Positions 29,469 through 37,962 of a stretch of DNA of 64,000 bases are shown here, piece after piece. Below the pieces are notes generated by a model that worked only from the letters and a program-made list of their open reading frames with translations, was not told where the DNA came from and did not search any database. The translations under genes were made by a program, and so were the position numbers. This DNA is from Terriglobia bacterium. GTDB lineage: Bacteria > Acidobacteriota > Terriglobia > 20CM-2-55-15. The stretch's first letter is position 1, and each line of letters starts with the position of its first letter. The DNA is taken from the NCBI GenBank assembly GCA_965198225.1, contig CBDAOY010000005.1, positions 640,001-704,000 on the forward strand, given 5' to 3'.

Positions 29469-29807
29469 ATGTCCGAAGCTGGCTCGAAGAATCTGCGGGA
29501 ATTCGAGATGGTGGTGTTGCTGGCGATCCTCCAGGAGGGGGAGGGCGCCTACGGCGTCACGATCAAGAAACAGATCGAGGCTCGAACCCGGCGCGAGCTG
29601 TCCCGGGGTTCCATTTACATCACGCTTGAACGTCTGGAACGGAAAGGCTATGTCCGCTCGTGGATGGGCGACCCGACCGCGGTTCGCGGCGGGCGCGCCA
29701 AACGCTTCTTCCGGCTCGAGCCGATCGGCGTTCAGGCACTCCGGCGGTCCCTCAATGATCTGTCTCAGATGCGGGAAGGACTCGAGCCCGTCTTGGAGGA
29801 TCTGTGA
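29469..29807 (+). CDS. PadR family transcriptional regulator
   Basis: EFEMVVLLAIL..AYGVTI..GSIYITLERLERKGYV..PTAVRGGRAKR. Confidence 0.92.
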   Translation: MSEAGSKNLREFEMVVLLAILQEGEGAYGVTIKKQIEARTRRELSRGSIYITLERLERKGYVRSWMGDPTAVRGGRAKRFFRLEPIGVQALRRSLNDLSQMREGLEPVLEDL

Positions 29808-29867
29808 GGGAGTGAAAGGCTCGGTTTTCGTCATCAGGGAGTCATTCGAGAACCGGAAGAAGGTGCG

Positions 29868-32324
29868 ATGCAGAACCTCGCGGGAGACTTGAAGTACGCG
29901 TTTCGGACGATGCTGCGCAGTAAGGGTTTTACTGCTGTTGCCGTCCTCACGCTGGCGATAGGTATCGGTGCGAATTCCGCTATATTTTCGATCGTCAACG
30001 CCGTCGTCCTGAAACCCCTGTCCTATGAGGACGCCGAACGGCTGGTGGTCGTTCGCCAGACACACCGGGTGCGCGGACCCGAGTCGGGATGGGTGTCCCC
30101 CCCGGACTACTTCGATTGGCGCGAGCAGAGCGTGTCGTTCGATGAGCTGGGTTTTTACTGGAGCCCGGAACTCGACATCACCGGCACGGCGGAGCCCGAA
30201 CGGCTGCGGGGCGCGATCGTCAGTTGGACGCTGTTCCCGCTGCTTCAGGTCTCGCCGACCCTGGGCCGTGGATTCACGGCCAGGGAAGACACGCCGGGCG
30301 GCGACCGAGTCGTCGCGATCTCCGACGGGCTCTGGCACCGCCGTTTTGGGGGCGACCCCGGGATCATCGGACAAACGATGACGATCGACGAGGTGGTCCG
30401 GACCGTGGTCGGTGTGATGCCGCCAGGCTTTGACTTTCCCTCGCGTGGCACCGAGGTGTGGTTGCCGGGTCGTTATTCTCCGACCCAATCCCCGAATCCG
30501 GCTTTCGATACCGCGGGGTACCGGGCCTTTCGGATACTGCACGTCGTGGGCAGGTTGAAAGCCGGCGTCAGCCCGACACAGGCGGCCGCCGATCTGCAGG
30601 CCGTGGCGGCTCGGCTGGAGCGGCAGTACCCGGAGAGTAACGACGGCTACTCGGCCGAGATCGTGCCCCTTCACGAGTTCCTGGTCGGAGACGTCCGCGT
30701 CGCGTTGCTCCTGCTGCTTGGTGCGGTGTCCTGCCTGTTGTTGATCGCGTCGGTGAATGTGGCCGGTATGCTGTTGGCACGTGGATCCGAGCGGCGCAGG
30801 GAGATCGCCGTTCGCGTCGCGATGGGCGCCGACATCCGGCGCATCGTAGCGCAACTGCTGTCTGAGAGCATGCTCCTGGCGCTGGTGGGAGGAGCCCTCG
30901 GCTGTGTGGTCGCGCTCTGGGCGATGCCCCTCTTTCTAACATTGGTGCCGGTTCCCATACCCCGACTGGAGCAAGTCGGGGTCGACATGTCGGTCCTGCT
31001 CTACACGTTGGCGGTCACGCTGTTGACGGGGATTTTCTTTGGCCTCGGGCCCGCACTCCAGGCGGCGCGGTCCGACCTCAACGAGACGCTCCGACAGGCG
31101 ACGAATCGGCTTGCCGGTGGTTCGAGCGCTGGATTCCGCCGGGTCCTTGTGGTCGGCGAGATGTCGCTGGCCATGGTTCTGCTGGTAAGCTCTGCGCTGC
31201 TGCTGGAGAGCTTCCGAGAGCTTCGGAGCGTCGAGCCGGGTTTCGAATCCGATGGGGTGCTTGTCGCCCGCGTGGAACTGCCGCGCGCCTACTTCGACCC
31301 GTCGCGCAGCGGGCCCTTCTTCGAACAGTTGCGGCAGCGGGTCGGCAGCTTGCCGGGCGTGCGTAACGCGAGCCTTTCCATCGGTGTCCCGCTCGAGGCC
31401 GAGGCCCACTTCCCTGTCGACCCGACGACCTTCAGCCTGGATAACGGCCCGGTGCTTCCGGCGGCAGAACGTCACTCTGCTCCGATCCATATTGTCAGTC
31501 CCGAGTTTTTCGAAACCATCGGGGTGCCGGTAGTGCGCGGGCGCGGTTTCGAACCGGGCGATGCTCTGGATGAACGAGCCGTCGCTGTGATCAACGAATC
31601 GATGGCCGAGCGATTCTTCCCCGGTGAAGATCCCATCGGCCGCCGGATCATCCACGACCTGGTAATCGTCCCGGGAGAGGTCAATTCCCGGGTCATCGTC
31701 GGGGTTGTGGGGGACGTCCGGCACTTCGGGGTGCACGAACCGGCCGGGGCCCAGATGTACGTGCCGCACCAGCAACGGGCGTGGCCGGCCATGGCGCTCT
31801 TCGTCCGGTCCGATTCCGATCCGCTAGCACTCGCCGGGTCGGTCCGCGAGTCGATCTGGGCGATGGATGGGTCGATCATCGTGCCGACGGTGACGAGCCT
31901 CGATGGCCTCGGTTCGCACCATTTCCTGACACCCCGGTTCCGGGCCCTGCTCACCGGTTCCTTCGCGACCGTTGCCTTGCTTCTGGCCGGAATCGGGCTG
32001 TACGGGCTGATGTCCTATTCGGTCAGCCAGCGCACCCACGAGATCGGCGTCCGGATGGCACTGGGTGCCCGCTCGCGGGAGATCCTCGGCATGATCGTCG
32101 GGCAAGCTTTGCGGCTTGCCGTCTCCGGAGTCGTTATCGGAGCCATCGCGGCGATGTTCGCGGCGGGCTTGTTGATGGACCTGCTGTTCAACACGAGCGC
32201 GGGCGATCCGATTGCTTTCGCCGTCGTGGCAGTGCTCGTTCTGGTAGTTTCGCTCACGGCGAGCTATTTTCCGGCGCGTCGGGCCACAAGAGTTCCACCG
32301 CTGGTGGCGATGCGCGGGGACTGA
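29868..32324 (+). CDS. ADOP-type duplicated MacB/FtsX-like permease
   Basis: DLKYAFR..GF..AVLTLAIGIGANSAIFSIVN; duplicated EIAVR/EIGVRMALGA; ends PARRATRV. Confidence 0.93.
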   Translation: MQNLAGDLKYAFRTMLRSKGFTAVAVLTLAIGIGANSAIFSIVNAVVLKPLSYEDAERLVVVRQTHRVRGPESGWVSPPDYFDWREQSVSFDELGFYWSPELDITGTAEPERLRGAIVSWTLFPLLQVSPTLGRGFTAREDTPGGDRVVAISDGLWHRRFGGDPGIIGQTMTIDEVVRTVVGVMPPGFDFPSRGTEVWLPGRYSPTQSPNPAFDTAGYRAFRILHVVGRLKAGVSPTQAAADLQAVAARLERQYPESNDGYSAEIVPLHEFLVGDVRVALLLLLGAVSCLLLIASVNVAGMLLARGSERRREIAVRVAMGADIRRIVAQLLSESMLLALVGGALGCVVALWAMPLFLTLVPVPIPRLEQVGVDMSVLLYTLAVTLLTGIFFGLGPALQAARSDLNETLRQATNRLAGGSSAGFRRVLVVGEMSLAMVLLVSSALLLESFRELRSVEPGFESDGVLVARVELPRAYFDPSRSGPFFEQLRQRVGSLPGVRNASLSIGVPLEAEAHFPVDPTTFSLDNGPVLPAAERHSAPIHIVSPEFFETIGVPVVRGRGFEPGDALDERAVAVINESMAERFFPGEDPIGRRIIHDLVIVPGEVNSRVIVGVVGDVRHFGVHEPAGAQMYVPHQQRAWPAMALFVRSDSDPLALAGSVRESIWAMDGSIIVPTVTSLDGLGSHHFLTPRFRALLTGSFATVALLLAGIGLYGLMSYSVSQRTHEIGVRMALGARSREILGMIVGQALRLAVSGVVIGAIAAMFAAGLLMDLLFNTSAGDPIAFAVVAVLVLVVSLTASYFPARRATRVPPLVAMRGD

Positions 32325-32373
32325 CCATGAAGCGAGGGAGCGCGCCGGAGAGAGGCGAAATTTTTGGAATCGG

Positions 32374-32462
32374 GTGTAGGGGCGCTCTATGAGCGCACGT
32401 GTTTCTGCTCGAAGAATGTACGGTCATAGACCGCACCCGATCTCTCCGTTACAGGCCACTAG
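32374..32462. repeat. REP doublet fused to a MITE right end
   Basis: GTAGGGGCGCTCTATGAGCGCAC..CGGTCATAGACCGCAC runs directly into CCGATCTCTCCGTTACAGGCCACTAG. Confidence 0.75.
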
Positions 32463-33040
32463 TTCGCCGAACGGCTCGAGACTGCCACTTCGACTGCGCG
32501 GCGGTGCCGCTCCCGATTGCCCGCGAAAGATTTGCGTTTGGGAGCTTGAGCCGACAGACGGGCGGCTCTCGCCGGGTCCTTGGGAAAGGGGGGATCCCCG
32601 ACCGTGAAAACGAGGTCCGAGGGCCGCTAGTCCTGCTGGCTCAATAGTTTTTAGTTGCGGCAGCCAGCTGATTGGTATATGAAAGATCGACGCCTTTCTG
32701 ACAATTGGCAAGGGCCCGCGGATTTTTCGTCCTCGCTGCCGACGAGGACGACGAACGGGGAGATTTGAGGTCATACAGGCCATTCAGCCTGTAAGCCCCA
32801 GACCGTGGCCCGCCACAACCCAAAGTGTTGTCCCGGTAGGAATCCTGCAGTACACTTGGTCAGGCGTGTCTTAACCTATTGAAGACAAGAGGGTTCGTTT
32901 CGCTTTTTGCGAAACGGTCCCGACGTTGAGCCTTTGTCCTTCGGACAGTGGGTTGCTGGAGGGCGATCTCAGAGGTGGTCGTTTCTGAAAGCTTCAACGG
33001 AGAGCGTCTTTAGAATTCTTTACGGAATGGGGAGATCAAG

Positions 33041-34084
33041 ATGTCGAGAGAGCGGCGGCGGTATTTTGGCAGGGGACTGGACGTGGGGACCTCTTTTGTT
33101 CGCTGTGCTGAGATGCAGGGCCAGGAGATCGTGTCGCGTTCCGAACGAAGCGCGTTCATCGACCTGAACCAGGCGGCGGACTTCACCGAAGGCATGCTCG
33201 GGATGGCGCAGCTCGATTACGCGAAGAACGGCGACCAGCTCCGAATCGTCGGGACCAAAGCCATCGAGTTCGCAAACATTTCCCAGACGGATGCCCGAAG
33301 ACCCCTTCGGACCGGTTTGATCAGCCCGTCGGAAGATGAAGCCCTTCCGATGATGGAACTCATCGTCAGAAACGTTGCCGGTGAGGCAAGGCAGGGCGGG
33401 GAACCGTTGTACTTCTCGGTTCCGGGCGAGCCTCTGGACGCTGAGGTGAACCTGGCCTACCACGAGAAAACCATCAGCGGGATCTTGAGGAAGCTGGGCT
33501 ACAACGCCAAGCCGATCAATGAAGGGCTTGCCGTTGTCTTTTCCGAGCTCGCCGAGCAGCAATTCACCGGGATAGGGATGTCGTTCGGCGGCGGTATGGT
33601 CAACGTGGGCTTCGCTTACCGGTCACTGCCGCTGCTGACTTTCAGCCTGGCCCGAGGAGGGGACTGGATAGACGAGAAGGCCGCCCTCGCTCTCAGCGAG
33701 AGCTCCAGCCAGGTTTGTCTCTTGAAGGAGTCTTCGCTCGACCTGAGCAAGGGAGAAGACGGCTCCAATGCGCACAACGCTCTGTCGATCGCCTACGATG
33801 AGCTCATCGGCTACGCCGCGGATGCGATGAAGGACGAAGTTTCGAAAATGGTGGCCGTCTCGTCGATGAAGGATCCCTTGCCGATCGTACTGTCGGGAGG
33901 AACGGCAGCTCCCCGGGGTTTTGCCGAGCGGTTCACCGCGGCGCTGAAGCAGAGGGACTTTCCGCTCGAGATCGCCAGGGTTCAGGTAGCCAGAGACCCG
34001 TTCGGGGCCGTGGCCAAGGGCGCCCTGACCGCCGCGAGGGTTGAGGGGGGGCGGCTCGAGGAAAGCGAGGCAGGAACTGCCTAG
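33041..34084 (+). CDS. Actin-fold ATPase resembling haloarchaeal volactin (MreB/MamK superfamily)
   Basis: GLDVGT phosphate-1, RRPLRTGLI, INEGLAV connect-1, SFGGGMVNV phosphate-2, ARGGDWID, VLSGGT adenosine motif. Confidence 0.8.
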   Translation: MSRERRRYFGRGLDVGTSFVRCAEMQGQEIVSRSERSAFIDLNQAADFTEGMLGMAQLDYAKNGDQLRIVGTKAIEFANISQTDARRPLRTGLISPSEDEALPMMELIVRNVAGEARQGGEPLYFSVPGEPLDAEVNLAYHEKTISGILRKLGYNAKPINEGLAVVFSELAEQQFTGIGMSFGGGMVNVGFAYRSLPLLTFSLARGGDWIDEKAALALSESSSQVCLLKESSLDLSKGEDGSNAHNALSIAYDELIGYAADAMKDEVSKMVAVSSMKDPLPIVLSGGTAAPRGFAERFTAALKQRDFPLEIARVQVARDPFGAVAKGALTAARVEGGRLEESEAGTA

Positions 34085-34145
34085 ACGCTTGATCCTCAAG
34101 CTGAATTGATTGCCTGTCCCAAGACTCCTGACAGTCTTGAACAGG

Positions 34146-34553
34146 CTATGCGCCCGGCCACTCTTTCCGGGAAGCGCCCGGGCTTTCGAAGAGTTCCTCC
34201 GACTTGCCGTCGCCGGCCATATTGCTGTTTCCGTCGAGAACTCCACCCTCTTCGATCACGAGCACGGGGGTGCGAACCTCTCCCTGAACTCGTCCGGTGG
34301 TGTGAATCTCGACGCGCTTCTTGCTGTCGATGTTGCCTGAGATCTTTCCGTAAACCTCGGTTTCACCAACCTTGATGTCGGCGTGGACCTGGGCCCGTTC
34401 TCCGATGATCAGCTTGTCGCTCGTCGTAATCGACCCATGGAACTCCCCGTCGATACGCAATGTGCCCGAAAACTGGAGTTCTCCGGTGACCGAAGTGCCT
34501 TGGTCGAGGAACCCGCTTATTTCTTCCGATGAGAATTTGGAACGCAGCTTCAT
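34146..34553 (-). CDS. Bactofilin (polymer-forming cytoskeletal protein)
   Basis: GTSVTGEL.FSGTLRIDGEFHGSI..LIIGE..GRVQGEV..LVIEEGG.LDG. Confidence 0.92.
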   Translation of the reverse strand: MKLRSKFSSEEISGFLDQGTSVTGELQFSGTLRIDGEFHGSITTSDKLIIGERAQVHADIKVGETEVYGKISGNIDSKKRVEIHTTGRVQGEVRTPVLVIEEGGVLDGNSNMAGDGKSEELFESPGASRKEWPGA

Positions 34554-34634
34554 CTCGTCGCCTCTTTTGTCCATTCCAGTTGCGAACGGGCTTAAATCTT
34601 CCCGGTTTTACCTAGGTTCCGTCAAGCCGCTTTT

Positions 34635-35435
34635 TCATTTAATTCTCCTAATTCTCGTTAGTTTCGTCCACCACGGCTGGTTTTGGTAATCCGCGTAGTC
34701 CAGGCACGCGACGATACTCGATGCGATCGCTTCCGGTTCCGCCGGTTTGAGGACATAGTCAAAGGCTCCCGCCCTCAGCGCCTGTTTGGCAACCTCCCGG
34801 TCGGCGACCTGAGTGTGCATGATGACGTCGGGATGCGACTTTCTCTTCATGATCAGTTGAAGCGCTTCCATGCCGCCCATGTCCGGCATCGACATTTCCA
34901 ACAGGACCACGCGTATCGGCGGCGGGTCCTGTAGGAGCTGCAGCGCATCCCTGGCCGAACTGGTCCCTGAAGCCAGGTATCCTCTTCGATTCAGGAAGTC
35001 AATCACGCTTCGGCGACCCTCGTCGTCGTCGACGACGACGAGAACCCGGGCACCGCTGTCGCTGCCTTGAACCGCGAGTTCAGGGTTGAGCATCCCCCGT
35101 ATCGTCGCAACCAGTTCATCGAAGCCCGCGGCCTTGTCCGCCACGCATTCGATGCCCGCTTCGCCGGCCGCCGCGCGAGACTCGTCGGAGTCCACGAGCC
35201 CGACAAACTTCGGCGGCTTCAGGCCGCCTCGAGCCAGTTCCAGAAACTCCGGCAAGCCGTCAATTGTCGGGTCGACGATCGCCAGGTCCGGGCGGTGCTC
35301 CTCGAACGCTCGCGCAGCCTCGCGAATCGACGTGCCGCCGAATGCGTCCAGCCGATCGCCCTGCAAAGCCTGAATCACGAGATCGACCAGTATCTTCTGG
35401 CTGTCGATGACGAGGACGACGGATCGTGTTCCCAT
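34635..35435 (-). CDS. Tandem receiver-domain protein without output domain
   Basis: REC1 VLVIDS..AIVDP; REC2 VVDDD..VLLEMSMPDMGG..GAFDYVLKP. Confidence 0.85.
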   Translation of the reverse strand: MGTRSVVLVIDSQKILVDLVIQALQGDRLDAFGGTSIREAARAFEEHRPDLAIVDPTIDGLPEFLELARGGLKPPKFVGLVDSDESRAAAGEAGIECVADKAAGFDELVATIRGMLNPELAVQGSDSGARVLVVVDDDEGRRSVIDFLNRRGYLASGTSSARDALQLLQDPPPIRVVLLEMSMPDMGGMEALQLIMKRKSHPDVIMHTQVADREVAKQALRAGAFDYVLKPAEPEAIASSIVACLDYADYQNQPWWTKLTRIRRIK

Positions 35436-35496
35436 GAAGCTTAACGTCGGGGTGGTGCCGATGTGACGCCGAGAGTTCTCCGATGTGCCCAGACGC

Positions 35497-36726
35497 TCAG
35501 TTGCCGTAGCTGATGCGCAGAATCCGGTTCCCGCCGTCATCGGAGAGCAGCAAGGATCCGTCCATATACTGCAGAACGTCGACCGGTCGTCCCCAGACCT
35601 CCTTCTCGTCGTCGGTATCGCGGACGATGAACCCAGTCAGGAAGTCCTCCGGTTCGCCCGAGGGTCTGCCGTCTTCGAAGGGCACTCGCACGACCTTATA
35701 GCCGGAAAGCTCTGATCGGTTGATCGATCCGTGCAGCGCGATGAAGGCGCTGTTCCGGTATTCCGCGGGGAACTGGTCACCCGTGTAGAAGATGATTCCA
35801 AGCGCGGCCGAATGCGAGGGGAGAAGGATGTCAGGGACGAGAGTCTTCTCGATCAGGTCCGGGCGTGCGCCGTTCAGGATCGGTTCGGGGTTGGGTCCGA
35901 TGTAGGCATAGGGCCAGCCGTAGAAACCACCGTCCACGACGGAGGTGGCGAACTCCGGCACCAGGTCGTCGCCGAGGTGATCTCGTTCGTTGACAGCCGT
36001 CCACAGGGTATCGCTGCCGGGGTAGAATGCCATGCCGACCGGGTTGCGCAATCCTCCGGCGAAAACACGGTGGTCGGACCCATCCGGATTGTACTCGTTG
36101 ATAGCGGCGCGTCGGGGGTCGTCATCCGGCGTCGCGTTCGTCGACGAGCCGACCGTGACATACATCTTTCTGCCGTCCGGGCTGAAGATCACGTTCCGCG
36201 TCCAGTGGTTGTACCCCTGCGTGCGGCTTATGTCGATGCCCAGTCGCTCGGCCGTGTCGCGATCGACTGCCGCGCTGCTCGGCGGTAGATCGACGACATG
36301 TTCCGGGGGTCCCTCCGCCTTCATCTGACCCGGGGTGTACGGGAAGCGTACGACCGCAGCATTGTTCCCGATGTAGAGGAAGCCTTCCTGGAACGCGATG
36401 CCGAAGGGTCGTACGCGATCCGTCTCAAAGGTCGCAAACGTCTCCTTTCGCTCCGCGGCGCCGTCCCGGTCCGCGTCGCGAAGAACCACGATCTCTCCGA
36501 ACCCGCTTTCGGTCACGAACACGTCGCCGTTCGGTGCCAGCGCGATCCGACGGGAATGCCGGAGACCCTCGGCGAAAACGTTGACCTTGAATCCGGGTGG
36601 CACCTGCAAGTGTGTTCCATCGGGCTGGGGAACGATCCGCGTGATCTTCCGGTACCAGGGGGTATGGAAGGGTTCGGGCAGCTGCTGTGCTCCGACGAGC
36701 AACAGGACAAGGGCAAGTCTGATCAT
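35497..36726 (-). CDS. L-sorbosone dehydrogenase-like PQQ-dependent protein
   Basis: NHWTRN, GLRNPVG, VNERDHLGDDLVP, FYGWPY, HGS.NR, GRPVDV. Confidence 0.9.
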   Translation of the reverse strand: MIRLALVLLLVGAQQLPEPFHTPWYRKITRIVPQPDGTHLQVPPGFKVNVFAEGLRHSRRIALAPNGDVFVTESGFGEIVVLRDADRDGAAERKETFATFETDRVRPFGIAFQEGFLYIGNNAAVVRFPYTPGQMKAEGPPEHVVDLPPSSAAVDRDTAERLGIDISRTQGYNHWTRNVIFSPDGRKMYVTVGSSTNATPDDDPRRAAINEYNPDGSDHRVFAGGLRNPVGMAFYPGSDTLWTAVNERDHLGDDLVPEFATSVVDGGFYGWPYAYIGPNPEPILNGARPDLIEKTLVPDILLPSHSAALGIIFYTGDQFPAEYRNSAFIALHGSINRSELSGYKVVRVPFEDGRPSGEPEDFLTGFIVRDTDDEKEVWGRPVDVLQYMDGSLLLSDDGGNRILRISYGN

Positions 36727-36789
36727 GACGGGGAGGCCTCCTCAGGTCCGAAAGTATACCTCCCACCGGGACGGTCAATGAAGGGCAAC

Positions 36790-37010
36790 CTAGTGGCCTG
36801 CAACGGAGATAGCGGCACCATCGCCGATGGGTCTTGCCAGTCGAGGTCGAGGAGAGAGGAGGAATTGATGCGGTTTCATCATGACGACGAACGACAAAGA
36901 GATCGACGGCAACCCCCATCGGTCCGGGGGGTTGCGGCGGAACGGTCGGGTCTTCGTTGCCGCTACCATTTCTTTGTAAGACCCGCTTCTCACGGGTTGT
37001 CGACTCCTAG
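36790..37010. mobile_element. MITE copy truncated at its internal CTAG
   Basis: Starts CTAGTGGCCTGCAAC; ends at GTCGACTCCTAG, the internal motif of the other copies. Confidence 0.7.
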
Positions 37011-37631
37011 AGTGAGCGTCATCCCGCCGCGGACCACTCGTCGGAGGACGTCACCGGGGCGTGCGCCGATGGCCATCCGGATGGCGATGTCGCGAAGACC
37101 CTGACTGACCGAGTAGGAAATCATTCCGTAGAGTCCGACCGCGGCCAGGACCAGGGCAAGGACGGCGAACCCGGACACGACGTTAGCGGCCATCTCGGCG
37201 GGAAGGAGCGCGAAGCCCATTGCCTCGTGCATCGGCGTGATACTCGAAACGAGCGTCCGGTCCAGCCGTCGAATCTCTTCGCGAAGGGGTCCGGCCGCCG
37301 ACAACGGGTTCGACGTAGTCCGAACCATCAGGACCGTGTTGGAGTTGTAGTGCTGGTAGGCGGAGAAGTACATGTAGGGCGTGGGATCCTCGCCAAGAGT
37401 GCGATATTTGCCGGTTCTGACCAAGCCGATGATGAGGTGGTCGTCACGCCAGGTCTCCACTCGCTTTCCGATCGGGTCCTCCCCCGGCCAGAAACGGTCC
37501 GCGAACACCTCATTGATAACGAGTGTTGGTGGGCCGTCCTCGCCGTCTCTCTGGTCGACCGCGATGAGCGTGAAACCGGGTTTGCGGGCCAGAATACGTA
37601 GACCGTAACGGATGTCTTGACCCAAGCTCAT
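37011..37631 (-). pseudogene. ADOP permease pseudogene (large internal deletion; 3' end replaced by MITE)
   Basis: MSLGQDIRYGLRILARKPGFTLIA joins directly to DQRD..VINE of the second periplasmic half; last TM helices absent. Confidence 0.85.
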
Positions 37632-37840
37632 TCGAACCCTCCATCTGTCGCTGCCGAGGCTGGCATAGGGGATGAAACGCAATTCGACCTTGAATTGTTC
37701 CGAACGCATCGTCAAGTCGACTGAATTCTTGGAGATTTCACGAGGTCCAGGATTTCTGCCAAGCCATTCCTTGGGACGCAGATCGCGAAATGCGCACAGC
37801 AATGATTTTCCTCCTTGCCGCACCCCCCCTTTTTTGTTTC

Positions 37841-37880
37841 CCCTTGACAATCTACAAAAGAGCGTTTAGTTTTTGTAGAT
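37841..37880 (+). promoter_or_regulatory. Sigma70-type promoter overlapped by an inverted-repeat operator
   Basis: TTGACA-17nt-TAGTTT; IR ATCTACAAAA/TTTTGTAGAT; CCCTTGACAATCTACA recurs at 53832. Confidence 0.6.
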
Positions 37881-37962
37881 CATCTAGGGAAGTGGACGAT
37901 AGGCCTCTGGGGGAAGGCGTCCAAGGTCACGAAACAGGCGGCGGGTGACTGGAGTAGATTCG

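Noticed and set aside
32463-33030. Riboswitch or small ORFs upstream of the actin-like gene
   Set aside because: No conserved riboswitch motif recognised by eye, and the ORFs lack coding features. An Rfam scan would settle it.
33041-34084. MamK or magnetosome island
   Set aside because: No other mam genes are present, and the motifs fit a different actin-like family.
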